From Candidatus Yanofskybacteria bacterium (GTDB lineage Bacteria; Patescibacteriota; Minisyncoccia; 2-02-FULL-40-12; GWA2-44-9): a stretch of 64,000 bases of DNA. Location: the NCBI GenBank assembly GCA_003151795.1, contig PLYL01000024.1:4953-68952 (forward strand). The letters run 5' to 3'. A program made the translations under genes and the position numbers. The first letter of the stretch is position 1. Every line of letters begins with the position of its first letter. This document shows, in pieces, positions 10,375 through 21,951 of this stretch. The notes beneath the pieces were generated by a model. It worked only from the letters and a program-made list of their open reading frames with translations. It had not been told where the DNA came from and made no database searches.

Positions 10375-11361
10375 ATGCAAATCGAAGACGCAATCTTGGC
10401 GACATTGGCCTATTACGATGGCCTCGATTATCCGTTGAGCGCGTTTGAGTTGTATCGGTATATTATAAATCCTAAACGATTGAAGCCACACGTTGAAAGT
10501 CTGGAAGCAATTGCGCTTACTGATATATATGAAGCGGTCGAAGAATTGCTTGGCCGAGGCGCAATAGAAGAAGAGCATGGTTTTTATTTTCTTAAAGGCC
10601 GAATGGGTCTCTCGGGGTTGCGTCTGGAGCGGGAAAAAATATCGGCCCAGAAATGGCGGCGATGTCTGCATAGAGCCTACTGGCTCCAGTTGGCGCCGTG
10701 GATTCGGGGAATGTTTGTGTCAGGCTCGCTCGCGCTGGGGACGGTGAGTACAGAAAGTGATTTCGATATTTTAGTTTTGGTTGAACCGGGCCGGCTTTAT
10801 CTCGCGCGGTTATTGTTGTCTGGTGTAGCATCTTTGATTGCCGCTCGGCGGACGCGTTATGAAACTACTGCGCCGGATAAGTTTTGTTTCAATCATTATT
10901 TGACGACCGATGCTTTAAACATCAAACACGAAAGCCTCTACAATGCTCAAACCTATGCTCATCTGGTACCGCTGGCGGTTAGTCCGGCTCTGGCGGGTAA
11001 ATTCTTTGCCGAAAATTTATGGATTAATAAATATGTGTATAATTTCACGCCTCATCAGCAGACTATTCGCCGAACGGTTCGGCCGAGCGGATTTTTAAAA
11101 GGTATCGCCAAGCTGATTGAATTTGTTGGCCAAGGAAGTATCGGTGATATGTTTGAGAAATTAGCTCGTCAGTATCAGCAGAAACGCATTGGCTCAAATC
11201 CCGCCACCCATGCCACCGGCGGCCGAGTCATATATACCAGCACCGAGCTTGAATTCCATCCGCATTCATTCGAACGAATCATCCTTGACTATTACAATGA
11301 AACCACTCATAGGCTAGGCGTTTCGATGAGCCCCGAACCTGATTCAGGGCTTCGCGAGTAA
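10375..11361 (+). CDS. Nucleotidyltransferase-domain protein
   Basis: GS-X9-13-DxD nucleotidyltransferase signature (GSLALGTVSTESDFDILV). Confidence 0.45.
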   Translation: MQIEDAILATLAYYDGLDYPLSAFELYRYIINPKRLKPHVESLEAIALTDIYEAVEELLGRGAIEEEHGFYFLKGRMGLSGLRLEREKISAQKWRRCLHRAYWLQLAPWIRGMFVSGSLALGTVSTESDFDILVLVEPGRLYLARLLLSGVASLIAARRTRYETTAPDKFCFNHYLTTDALNIKHESLYNAQTYAHLVPLAVSPALAGKFFAENLWINKYVYNFTPHQQTIRRTVRPSGFLKGIAKLIEFVGQGSIGDMFEKLARQYQQKRIGSNPATHATGGRVIYTSTELEFHPHSFERIILDYYNETTHRLGVSMSPEPDSGLRE

Positions 11362-11424
11362 GGTTGACTTTTTACTTTTCTTGTACTAAAATTAGCAATC
11401 ATTAAAGTCAACCTCAAAAATCAT

Positions 11425-11730
11425 ATGATTAAACCAACTTCAGACCACGTCGTCATCGAACCTGTCCGAGAAGAAAGGAAAAAAGGCGGGATTCTTTTGC
11501 CGGATACGGTGGAAAAAGAGAAATCCGAAAAAGGGGAAATCGTCGCCGTCGGACCCGGCAAAATGAACGCGGAAGGCCGGCGCGTGCCGATGGAAGTTAA
11601 AAAGGGCGATGTAGTGATTTTCACGAAGTACGGTCCGCGGACAATGAAGATTCCTGCCGGCCGGCCAGGCGGGGACGACCGAGAATACTTAATCGCTCGC
11701 GAAGAAGACATACTGGCAATTATCAAGTAA
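11425..11730 (+). CDS. groES: Co-chaperonin GroES
   Basis: 101 aa, the IKP..D.VVI start and mobile-loop region, immediately upstream of groEL. Confidence 0.9.
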   Translation: MIKPTSDHVVIEPVREERKKGGILLPDTVEKEKSEKGEIVAVGPGKMNAEGRRVPMEVKKGDVVIFTKYGPRTMKIPAGRPGGDDREYLIAREEDILAIIK

Positions 11731-11766
11731 TCGCGTAATTTCTAAGTACTAATTTCTAATTCCTAA

Positions 11767-13392
<1,626 letters not shown>

Positions 13393-13529
13393 CTACTCTC
13401 GATAATACATTCTCATAGGCAGTGTTTAGGCTGGCTTTCCTTTTTGCGTGCTTAAGGTAATCAGTTTTAGTATTGAAACTCGTACTCTATTGTTGTAGTA
13501 TCTAGATATCTCGTTTAACTTTTAAATAT

Positions 13530-14081
13530 ATGGTTATATATATCATTTGGGCGGTCGTCATCATCTTGGTTCTCTGGTTGGTTGGTGCGTTTAACGGATT
13601 GGTTCGGGCTCGCAATCGGGTCAAAGAAGCTTGGTCGGATATTAATGTCCAGCTTCGCCGCCGGCATGATTTGATTCCGAATCTTGTCGAAACGGTCAAG
13701 GGTTATGTCGCTCACGAAGCCGGCGTGCTGGAAGCCGTTACGAAAGCTCGGACCGAAGCGGTCTCGGCGGGTAGCATGGCCCAGAAAGGCCAAGCCGAAA
13801 ATATGCTCTCGGGCGCGCTGGGTAAGCTTTTCGCTTTAGCCGAAGCCTATCCGACTCTCAAAGCTAACGAAAACTTCGCTAAGCTTCAGGATGAATTGAC
13901 CGACACCGAAGACAAGATTCAGGCGGCCCGCCGGTTCTACAACACCAATGTCATGGACTTCAACACTAAGCTCGAAGTCTTCCCGACCAATATGATCGCC
14001 TCTTCTCTTGGTTTCACCCGCGAAGAATTGTTCCAGCTCGGTTCCGCCGACGAAGCCGTGTTACCGAAGGTTAGCTTCTAG
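13530..14081 (+). CDS. lemA: LemA family protein
   Basis: N-terminal transmembrane segment plus the conserved LemA core (QLRRRHDLIPNLVETVKGY). Confidence 0.85.
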   Translation: MVIYIIWAVVIILVLWLVGAFNGLVRARNRVKEAWSDINVQLRRRHDLIPNLVETVKGYVAHEAGVLEAVTKARTEAVSAGSMAQKGQAENMLSGALGKLFALAEAYPTLKANENFAKLQDELTDTEDKIQAARRFYNTNVMDFNTKLEVFPTNMIASSLGFTREELFQLGSADEAVLPKVSF

Positions 14082-14102
14082 TTAAAATATTGCTAAAAAC
14101 TA

Positions 14103-15080
14103 ATGGCCACGCTGTACACCCAGCACGATGTAAATATTCGGAAGACGTGGTTATTGATGACCGCGTTCTTCGTGCTGATTATCGGACTGGGATTTTTGTT
14201 CAGCTACGCGTACGGCTCGCTGGATATTTTGTATATTGCGGTGGCGTTGTCGGTGGGCATGAATTTTATGGCCTATTGGAAGTCGGATTCGATTGCGCTG
14301 GCGATGGCTCATGCCCAGCCGACCACTCGCGCGGGCCATGAGGAGCTGTATCGCATTATCGAAAATCTCTCCATCACCGCTGGCCTGCCAACGCCGAGAA
14401 TATATATTCTGCCCGACCAGCAAATCAACGCTTTCGCGACGGGACGGAATAAAGACCACGCGGCCATTGCCGTGACCCAAGGCGCGCTGACCCGCTTGAA
14501 TAAAACCGAACTGGAAGGCGTGCTGGCGCACGAGCTGTCCCACGTCGGCAACAATGACATTCTGGTCTCGTCGGTGACGGTTGTCTTGGCGGGATTGATT
14601 TCCATCCTGGCGAATTTCTTTATCCGCATCAGTTTCTTCAGCGGCCGGGGGAACAATCGCGACAGCGAGGGCGGGGCCTTAGTCATGGCCGTGGCTCTGG
14701 TCGCGGCCATCCTGGCGCCCATCGCGGCCACCATGATTCAGCTCGCCGTCTCCCGCAAGCGCGAGTTCCTGGCCGATGCTTCGGGTGCATTGCTCACGCG
14801 TTATCCCGAAGGCTTGGCCAACGCCTTGGAGCGTATCGCCGAAGACCAACAGCCCATGCGCGAAGCTTCCCACGCCACCGCGCATTTGTATATTTCTAAT
14901 CCTTTCAAGGGCAAGCAAAAAGATTCTTGGTTCACAAAACTCTTCATGACCCACCCGCCCCTTGAAGAACGAATCCGGATTCTGCGGGGAATGGACCCCG
15001 TTCGAAGTCTCGCTCGCGCCAAAGGCGCGAGTCCTACGGACCTCGGCGGGGCTACTTCGAACGGGGTGGATATAAAATAG
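14103..15080 (+). CDS. htpX: HtpX-type M48 zinc metalloprotease
   Basis: HELSH zinc-binding motif between transmembrane segments; membrane topology typical of M48. Confidence 0.85.
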   Translation: MATLYTQHDVNIRKTWLLMTAFFVLIIGLGFLFSYAYGSLDILYIAVALSVGMNFMAYWKSDSIALAMAHAQPTTRAGHEELYRIIENLSITAGLPTPRIYILPDQQINAFATGRNKDHAAIAVTQGALTRLNKTELEGVLAHELSHVGNNDILVSSVTVVLAGLISILANFFIRISFFSGRGNNRDSEGGALVMAVALVAAILAPIAATMIQLAVSRKREFLADASGALLTRYPEGLANALERIAEDQQPMREASHATAHLYISNPFKGKQKDSWFTKLFMTHPPLEERIRILRGMDPVRSLARAKGASPTDLGGATSNGVDIK

Positions 15081-16490
15081 ATGGATTTTAAAAACAAAAA
15101 AGTGCTCATCTTCGGTTTTGGCGTTCTCGGCGGCGGTTTAGCGACGACGAATTGGCTTTTGGAGCAAGGGGCCCAGGTAACGGCGACCGATTTAAAAACT
15201 CAAGAACAGCTCGCCGATTCGTTATCAAAAATTGAGGGCCAAGTTGAATTGCGTCTTGGAGGCCATTCTAAAAAAGATATTGAAGGCAATGATATAATCG
15301 TCGTGAATCCCGATGTCTCGATTCGGAATGAATTTATTCAATATGCCCTAGAGCTCGGCAAAGATGTCGTAAACGAAGCGATTATATTTTTTAAAAATTT
15401 TGGAAGACCGATTATTGCAGTGACGGGGACACGAGGCAAGACCACCACCGCGGCGTGGACGGAATATTTTCTTAAATCAAAATTCAAATCATCGATTGCC
15501 GGAAACTCAACGACCCATCCATTTTTAAAAGTCCTCGGACAAGCGGCCGAGTTCGATATGGCCGTGGCCGAAATTTCATCATTTCATTTGGAATTATTTG
15601 ACCAGGCGAAGATAATCGGCCCGTCGATAGCCGTCATTACTAATATTTTCCAAGACCATCTTAATCGCCACCAAACACTAGAGGAATATGTTCGAGTAAA
15701 AGCGAACATTTTTAAATATCAAACGTCGAATGATAATCTCGTCCTGAATTATGATAATAAATGGACTCAATTTTTTCTAACTCAAAAACCGCAGGCCAAG
15801 CTTTGGTATTTCTCCGGCCAAGCTTTACCCGCAGGCCATAATGGAGTTTGGTCAGACGCCGAGGCCATATATTTTCGCACTGCGGACAAAGAAGCAAAAG
15901 TTCTCGCCTTGAGCGATTCAGTCCTGATGCGAGGCGAGCATAATATTTATAATCTTTTAGTATCAGCTCTTTCGGCTCATCTGGCCGGTTGTTCATGGAA
16001 GGATATTCAATCTCGGATTGATAGTCTCCCTGAAATTCCTTTTCGTCAGGAAATGATTATAAAAACCGACATTCTCACGGTCGTGAATGACACAACTGCC
16101 ACGTCGCCGGAGGGTACTATTCAAGCCCTCAAACGATTTGGCAGTCTGGAGACCATTTTGATTATCGGCGGGACGGATAAGGCTTTGGATTTTACAGAAT
16201 TAGGAGAAATAATACCCAAGTTTATTCAGCCTAGCAATATTGTGCTTCTGGCTGGTAGCGCCACCGAAAAAATACGATTGGCTCTGGGCGAGTTTGCCGC
16301 GAATTGTCCCGTCTATGATTCACTTCAAGAATGCGTTGAGATTGCCTTTAAAAAATCTGGCCAATACCCTCAATCCGTAGTACTATTTTCCCCAGCTTCT
16401 AAGAGTTTCGATAAATTCAAAAACGAGTATGACCGTGGCGAACAGTTTAATAAATTAGTTAAGAGATATCATGGACAAAACACTGCTTGA
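15081..16490 (+). CDS. murD: UDP-N-acetylmuramoylalanine--D-glutamate ligase
   Basis: Mur ligase P-loop GTRGKTTT and the MurD-style N-terminal Rossmann motif (VLIFGFGVLGGG). Confidence 0.8.
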   Translation: MDFKNKKVLIFGFGVLGGGLATTNWLLEQGAQVTATDLKTQEQLADSLSKIEGQVELRLGGHSKKDIEGNDIIVVNPDVSIRNEFIQYALELGKDVVNEAIIFFKNFGRPIIAVTGTRGKTTTAAWTEYFLKSKFKSSIAGNSTTHPFLKVLGQAAEFDMAVAEISSFHLELFDQAKIIGPSIAVITNIFQDHLNRHQTLEEYVRVKANIFKYQTSNDNLVLNYDNKWTQFFLTQKPQAKLWYFSGQALPAGHNGVWSDAEAIYFRTADKEAKVLALSDSVLMRGEHNIYNLLVSALSAHLAGCSWKDIQSRIDSLPEIPFRQEMIIKTDILTVVNDTTATSPEGTIQALKRFGSLETILIIGGTDKALDFTELGEIIPKFIQPSNIVLLAGSATEKIRLALGEFAANCPVYDSLQECVEIAFKKSGQYPQSVVLFSPASKSFDKFKNEYDRGEQFNKLVKRYHGQNTA

Positions 16491-16824
16491 GGCATATACA
16501 ATAATTCATGGTTCCGAACCCGCTCCGGGGATGGAAGAATGGCAAGCGGCAAAATATGTACTAGAAAACATGGATGTGCCTAAGCTCGGTGAAGATTTAG
16601 CAAAGCGGACGTTATTTAGTTTGATAAATAGGATTCGGTATCCAAATAAAGAGCTGACTACTGAAATTGTTGGTGGTGCCGAAGATGAGCTCACTGAATT
16701 CTATCCCGAGCGGGGAGATAAGGACATGGACATGCATGTGGCTGAATGGCTCGAAGCTGAATATTGGACAGAAAAAGAAAAAGGGCTAAAAGTAGACCGG
16801 TCTAGCGAAGTTAAGATTAAATAA
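16471..16824 (+). CDS. Hypothetical protein
   Basis: 117-aa ORF packed between murD and murA with stop/start overlap; no motif recognised. Confidence 0.3.
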   Translation: MDKTLLEAYTIIHGSEPAPGMEEWQAAKYVLENMDVPKLGEDLAKRTLFSLINRIRYPNKELTTEIVGGAEDELTEFYPERGDKDMDMHVAEWLEAEYWTEKEKGLKVDRSSEVKIK

Positions 16825-16825
16825 T

Positions 16826-18154
16826 ATGCCTAAAAAAATCACAAAATTGGAGTCGATTGATTTTGAGGTTCGAGGCGGGAAGAAACTGTCCGGGAGCATC
16901 GAAACCAAATTTTCCAAGAACGGTTCGGTGGTTCTTTTGTGCGCTTCGCTGTTGAATCGGGGCAAAACCACTCTGCACGGCATCGCTCGGATTGAAGAAG
17001 TTAATCGGTTGATTGAGGTCATGGAAAGTATTGGTGTTTCAATAAAATGGACGGGCCATAACAGCCTCGAAATCCAACCGCCGCCAAAACTGTCCATCGG
17101 CAAGTTGAATCGCGAAACGGCGGCCATAATCCGTTCCAGTCTGATGCTGATTGGCTCGCTTGTTCACCGAGAGAAACATTTTAAACTACCTCACGCCGGC
17201 GGATGCAAGATGGGCGAGCGAACCATCGCGGCTCATCGCTACGGTCTGGAAAAACTAGGCGTCCACATTGAAACCGACCATAAATATTATCAAGTCCGAG
17301 TCGGCCGGCTCCATCCCGCCGAAATTATCATGTACGAAGCGGGCGATACGGCCGCGAATAACATCCTCATGGCGGCGGCGCTGATTCCTGGCACGACGAC
17401 GATTCGCTTCGCCCCGCCGAACTATCAAGTCCAAGAACTCTGTTTCTTTCTGGAAAAAATGGGCGTCAAAATTGAAGGCGTCGGCACGACCAATTTAGTC
17501 GTCCAGGGCATCAAGGGATTTAATGAGCCTTTGGAATATCACAACAGCGAAGATCCGATTGAATCGATGATGTTTATCTCGGCGGCTGTTACGACTAATT
17601 CAAAATTAACTATCACTCGCGCGCCCATTGATTTCTTGCTGGTGGAACTGCTTAAACTCGAAAAGATGGGCTTGAAGTTTTCTCTGTCGGCCAAGTATAA
17701 ATCCGAGAATGGCCGGACCGATTTGGTCGATATCGCCGTCTTGCCTTCTAGGCTCAAGGCATTGACCGATAAAATTCACTCTTTGCCGTATCCGGGCATC
17801 AATTCAGACAATCTGCCCTTTTTTGTGCCCATCGCGACCCAAGCTCAAGGCGTAACGCTTATCCACGATTGGATGTGGGAGAATCGGGCGATTTATTTTA
17901 CCGAGCTTAATCGGCTGGGCGGCCAAGTGGCGCTGGCCGATCCGCACCGAGTCTTTGTCACCGGCAAGACGAAATTAAAAGCGGGCCAAGTGGTCTGTCC
18001 GCCGGCGCTCCGGCCGGCCATGATTGTTCTCATCGCCATGCTCGCCGCCGAAGGCACCTCGATTCTCCGCAATATCTACTCCATCAGCCGAGGCTACGAA
18101 GAAATCGCCCAGCGCCTCAACTCCATCGGCGCCGATATCCGCGTGATAAAGTAG
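16826..18154 (+). CDS. murA: UDP-N-acetylglucosamine 1-carboxyvinyltransferase
   Basis: 442 aa with an EPSP-synthase-fold sequence; the catalytic-loop Cys region (KLPHAGGCKMGERT) matches MurA. Confidence 0.85.
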   Translation: MPKKITKLESIDFEVRGGKKLSGSIETKFSKNGSVVLLCASLLNRGKTTLHGIARIEEVNRLIEVMESIGVSIKWTGHNSLEIQPPPKLSIGKLNRETAAIIRSSLMLIGSLVHREKHFKLPHAGGCKMGERTIAAHRYGLEKLGVHIETDHKYYQVRVGRLHPAEIIMYEAGDTAANNILMAAALIPGTTTIRFAPPNYQVQELCFFLEKMGVKIEGVGTTNLVVQGIKGFNEPLEYHNSEDPIESMMFISAAVTTNSKLTITRAPIDFLLVELLKLEKMGLKFSLSAKYKSENGRTDLVDIAVLPSRLKALTDKIHSLPYPGINSDNLPFFVPIATQAQGVTLIHDWMWENRAIYFTELNRLGGQVALADPHRVFVTGKTKLKAGQVVCPPALRPAMIVLIAMLAAEGTSILRNIYSISRGYEEIAQRLNSIGADIRVIK

Positions 18155-18195
18155 ATAGGTTTTCAAAAGGTATAAAGTGTATTAAGATAAGTCCC

Positions 18196-18525
18196 ATGAA
18201 CGACCAATCACGCCCAGAACAGCCAAAAACACCACTCGAACAATTTCGGAGAAAGATGGCGGGCCTAAAAGAGGAAGGAAAAATTCTTGGCAAACAAGCA
18301 CATTTTGAATCTGTTAATCCTGAAAAGTTGGATGAACGAGACATGCAGATTTATGAAACTATTTTAAATTTTGACCTTAAGACTGGTGACGTTGATGAAT
18401 TATTCAAAATAATTCATCAACACAAGGAAGAGTTAGAGGTAACAGGCAATGAGACTCAAAAAGTTTTTTTGGCGTATCTAGCCAATCTTGTTCAAGGAAA
18501 AGTAGAAAAGGATCTTATTCGGTAA
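18196..18525 (+). CDS. Hypothetical protein
   Basis: 109-aa ORF; lower GC than the upstream housekeeping genes. Confidence 0.35.
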   Translation: MNDQSRPEQPKTPLEQFRRKMAGLKEEGKILGKQAHFESVNPEKLDERDMQIYETILNFDLKTGDVDELFKIIHQHKEELEVTGNETQKVFLAYLANLVQGKVEKDLIR

Positions 18526-18537
18526 ATTTATAATCAC

Positions 18538-18623
18538 GGAGGAGTCGGATAGTGGTTTATTCCACCGCCTTGGAAAGGCGGCATCCCGCAAGGGATACGT
18601 GAGTTCGAATCTCACCTCCTCCG
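18538..18623 (+). tRNA. tRNA-Ser(GGA), type II, no encoded CCA
   Basis: Manual fold gives acceptor GGAGGAG/CTCCTCC, a 3-bp D stem, anticodon loop TTGGAAA, a long variable arm (ATCCC..GGGAT), T-arm GTGAG-TTCGAAT-CTCAC, and G73. Confidence 0.8.
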
Positions 18624-18629
18624 CAGTCA

Positions 18630-18706
18630 GTACTTTTTATCGGAAGACCCGAGTGCCTCCGATAAAAAGTACATCAAAAACAGCACTGTATCAGGTGCTG
18701 TTTTTG
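18630..18706. terminator. Two tandem hairpins between tRNA-Ser and the convergent recombinase gene (bidirectional terminator-like)
   Basis: A 15-bp near-perfect stem (agtactttttatcgga / tccgataaaaagtac) with a 13-nt loop, then an 11-bp stem (aaaaacagcac / gtgctgttttt) flanked by A and T runs. Confidence 0.5.
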
Positions 18707-18725
18707 ATGCTCAACAAGTATTTAA

Positions 18726-20051
18726 TTACTGCTCAATGGTGACGATGCCTTTGGTAATCTTGATCTTTGATTTGAGGAATCCCATCAGTTCACGCCTCTC
18801 TTGGTTCGTACCCTCTTTGAGAACGTATCTAGCGTAGGTCTTTGAATCAATATTGTCATGCTTGGCTTTTGGATCAGAGAATCCGAGAACGCCCCGCTGG
18901 AATTTATTGAACCGTTTTAATTCCTCTTCAAATTTATGTTGTACACCCAACATATTGAAATCAATCTGATCAAGAACTTTTATTAATTGATCAATGAGTG
19001 CCTCCTCGCGGATGTATCCGCCTTTGCAATGCCGGTCTTTTGCCCGGCCACAACCGTAGTAGATGTACTTGGCGGTGGTGCCGTCTTTCAGTTGCTTATA
19101 TTTCTCCTCGGCGCTAACCATTGATTCACATAATCCGCAAACCATTAACTTGGTAAAGGCGAACTCATGACTCGTCCGGACAATGTTGTCACGTTTGAGT
19201 TGTTGCTGAACGAGATCGAACAGTTCTTTGGTCACAATCGGCTCGTGCTTACCCTGATACCAATTACCGCTCTTTTTGGGATACTCAAAGATACCATAGT
19301 AGAACGGGCTTTGGAGAAGCCGGAATATATTTCCTAGTGCCAAATTATGATTGCCGACCGTCTTGAAGTTCAGTTCAAATCTTAACCAGTGATATATCTT
19401 CCGGCCCGACCATTTCTCATGGGCCATTTTCTCGTATATCTTTTTAATAATGGGCGCTCTATCAGGATCAAGGATGACTTGGCACTTCTTATCCATCAAT
19501 CCTTGATTAAGATAGCCACATGGGGCCATGCCCGGCCAAAGGCCCATCTCTACTCTAGTGCGTAGCCCTCGCTTTACATTGATGCCCCTATTGTCATTCT
19601 CTAACTTTGCTTGGCTACCCAATATCATGAGCAGGAATTTTTCATTTGGGTTATTTGAAAATCGTTGGCCGTAGGTTCTGATTTCTTTGAGGATACCGGC
19701 ATCCATTAAATCCACGACTCGGCCGAGGTCACCGGCATTTCTACTGATACGATCCGGTGCCCAGGTCAAAATGCCATTATATTTGCCTTGGCGTATCTCT
19801 TCTATGATTTCATTGAAGACCGGTCGTTGGCCGGTTTCTTTGGCAGAGTGGCTTTCTCGTTTCATGGTCACGATTTCTAGCCCCTCCTTATCTGCTAAAA
19901 GGAGCATCTCTTTGATTTGGCTATCAATAGAGAGGACCTGACGTTCCTCTGATTCGCTCGATTTCCTTGCATACAGGCAATACTTCACTCCAATAGGGAT
20001 CACGGCCGGCTTGGGGATCCCTGGAACCCCTTGAATTGGTATGTTGTTCAT
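18726..20051 (-). CDS. Large serine recombinase (resolvase catalytic domain, recombinase domain, Zn ribbon)
   Basis: N-terminal resolvase motif with the catalytic Ser (YARKSSESEERQVLSIDSQ), a central recombinase domain, and a C-terminal Cys cluster (CGLC...CGRAKDRHC); 441 aa. Confidence 0.85.
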   Translation of the reverse strand: MNNIPIQGVPGIPKPAVIPIGVKYCLYARKSSESEERQVLSIDSQIKEMLLLADKEGLEIVTMKRESHSAKETGQRPVFNEIIEEIRQGKYNGILTWAPDRISRNAGDLGRVVDLMDAGILKEIRTYGQRFSNNPNEKFLLMILGSQAKLENDNRGINVKRGLRTRVEMGLWPGMAPCGYLNQGLMDKKCQVILDPDRAPIIKKIYEKMAHEKWSGRKIYHWLRFELNFKTVGNHNLALGNIFRLLQSPFYYGIFEYPKKSGNWYQGKHEPIVTKELFDLVQQQLKRDNIVRTSHEFAFTKLMVCGLCESMVSAEEKYKQLKDGTTAKYIYYGCGRAKDRHCKGGYIREEALIDQLIKVLDQIDFNMLGVQHKFEEELKRFNKFQRGVLGFSDPKAKHDNIDSKTYARYVLKEGTNQERRELMGFLKSKIKITKGIVTIEQ

Positions 20052-20167
20052 ACACCAATGAATGACGCGTACCCCCGAAGGAGTCCAGAGCGTCCCAAGA
20101 GCCTAGAGTTGGTAAGTTGACATATGTATACTTGCTTTATTTCCTTATTCGTGTATAATGGCTATAT

Positions 20168-21949
20168 ATGTCAATTAATAAGTCTCAATTCATTACAGTA
20201 GCGGAGATGGCCAAAATGCTTGGTCTCACTCGGGCGGCTATAAATAAGCAAATTTCAGAGGGTAAAATACCTGCAGAGAAGGTTGGGCGTAACTACCTTA
20301 TTCCCAAATCAGCCCTTCCGGCTAATCTCCAAGAGCGTATCCGAAAGGGTCAGAAGGAAGCCACAAAAAACGTGATAGAAAAAAGCCACCACCATGATCT
20401 TGATTTTGAGAAAGAGCTTTGGGCGGCGGCTGATAAACTCCGAGGCAACATCGATGTTTCCGAATACAAGAACATCGTTCTTGGTCTTCTATTTTTAAAA
20501 TACATTTCAGACTCTTTCTATAAACGCCGCGAGGAACTCAAAACCCTCACGCTTGATCCAAAGAACGAAGATTTTTATGTAAAAGACGATAAAGCTAGGG
20601 CACACATCCTTGAAACCAAAGATTTTTACAAGAGTGCCGGCGTGTTCTACGTGCCTGAAAAGTCGCGCTGGGAGTATCTACAGACCAAAACGATGCATCC
20701 AGATATTGGACAGGTACTCGACAAAGCCATGGATCTCATTGAAGAAGATAATCGAGCTGAGCTTGAAGGTGTTCTTCCTAAAATTTATACCCGTACAACT
20801 CTCGACCATGCCGTCATTGGTGAACTCGTAAATATATTCTCGCGGATTTCGTTTGACCACGATTTTGATCGAGAGAAAGATATCCTTGGTCGTATTTATG
20901 AATACTTCCTTGGTCAATTTGCATCTTCCGAAGGTAAACGTGGTGGAGAATTTTTTACACCAAGATCAATTGTTAAACTTCTTGTCGAGATACTCGAGCC
21001 ATATGAAAACGCACGAGTGTTAGATCCTGCGTGTGGTAGCGGTGGAATGTTTGTATCTATAGGTGAATATCTTTTAAATCATGGACAAGACCCATCGAAA
21101 CTTGCCATCAATGGTCAGGAAAGTAATCAGACCACACTTCGTCTTGCGAAGATGAATCTTGCTATCCGTGGTCTCTCTGGAAAAATTGAGTTGGGTAATA
21201 CCTATTATCAAGATAAGTTTCCTAATCTTCAGGCAGATTTTGTAATCGCCAACCCTCCTTTCAACGCTGAGTGGGAACCATCAAAACTTGCTGATAATGA
21301 TCCCCGCATAACTCTCGGTACACCGCCAAGCGGTAGCGCGAATTTTATGTGGGTACAACACTTCGCCCACCACCTCGCCCCCACTGGCTATGCGGGATTT
21401 GTGATGCCAAATGGGGCCCTGGCCGTATCAGGGAAAGAAGGAGATATGCGCCAAAAGTTGATTGAGCAAGATCTGGTCGAGGTAATTATTTCCTGCCCCG
21501 GAAAGCTTTTCTATAACGTCTCACTCCCAGTATCTCTGTGGTTCTTAGCCAAAAATAAATCCGGCGACCGCTTCCGCAAACGCTCTGGCGAAACTCTTTT
21601 TATTGATGCTCGTGAAACGTTTGAACAGATTTCTCGTAAACAAGTTGTTTTTAACCCAAAACATATTGAAAAGATTGCGGGTACTGTTCGCGCATGGCGA
21701 GGAGAGTTAGGGGCTGATAAATACAAAGACATCTCCGGCTTCTGCAAATCAGCAACGTTGAAAGAAATACAGAAAAACAGTTACGTGCTTACGCCTGGTC
21801 GCTATGTTGGTTTGGCCGACATCGAGTACGATGGAATTTCATTTGAAGATAAGATGAAGAAACTATCTGGTGAACTTCGGGCTACATTTGTTAAGGGTCG
21901 GGAGTTGGAGAAAGAAATCGAGAAAAATCTTAAAGAATTAGGGTTCTAA
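20168..21949 (+). CDS. hsdM: Type I restriction-modification methyltransferase subunit HsdM with an N-terminal excisionase-like HTH extension
   Basis: HsdM_N-like segment (ELWAAADKLRGNIDVSEYKNIVLGLLFLKYISD), an AdoMet pocket, and the N6-adenine catalytic motif NPPF (VIANPPFNAEW). The first roughly 60 aa form an HTH_17/excisionase-like helix-turn-helix. Confidence 0.9.
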   Translation: MSINKSQFITVAEMAKMLGLTRAAINKQISEGKIPAEKVGRNYLIPKSALPANLQERIRKGQKEATKNVIEKSHHHDLDFEKELWAAADKLRGNIDVSEYKNIVLGLLFLKYISDSFYKRREELKTLTLDPKNEDFYVKDDKARAHILETKDFYKSAGVFYVPEKSRWEYLQTKTMHPDIGQVLDKAMDLIEEDNRAELEGVLPKIYTRTTLDHAVIGELVNIFSRISFDHDFDREKDILGRIYEYFLGQFASSEGKRGGEFFTPRSIVKLLVEILEPYENARVLDPACGSGGMFVSIGEYLLNHGQDPSKLAINGQESNQTTLRLAKMNLAIRGLSGKIELGNTYYQDKFPNLQADFVIANPPFNAEWEPSKLADNDPRITLGTPPSGSANFMWVQHFAHHLAPTGYAGFVMPNGALAVSGKEGDMRQKLIEQDLVEVIISCPGKLFYNVSLPVSLWFLAKNKSGDRFRKRSGETLFIDARETFEQISRKQVVFNPKHIEKIAGTVRAWRGELGADKYKDISGFCKSATLKEIQKNSYVLTPGRYVGLADIEYDGISFEDKMKKLSGELRATFVKGRELEKEIEKNLKELGF

Positions 21950-21951
21950 AT

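Noticed and set aside
10297-10671. 124-aa minus-strand ORF overlapping the start of the 10375-11361 gene
   Set aside because: The overlapping plus-strand ORF has a recognisable nucleotidyltransferase motif and fits the operon layout. The minus-strand ORF has no support.
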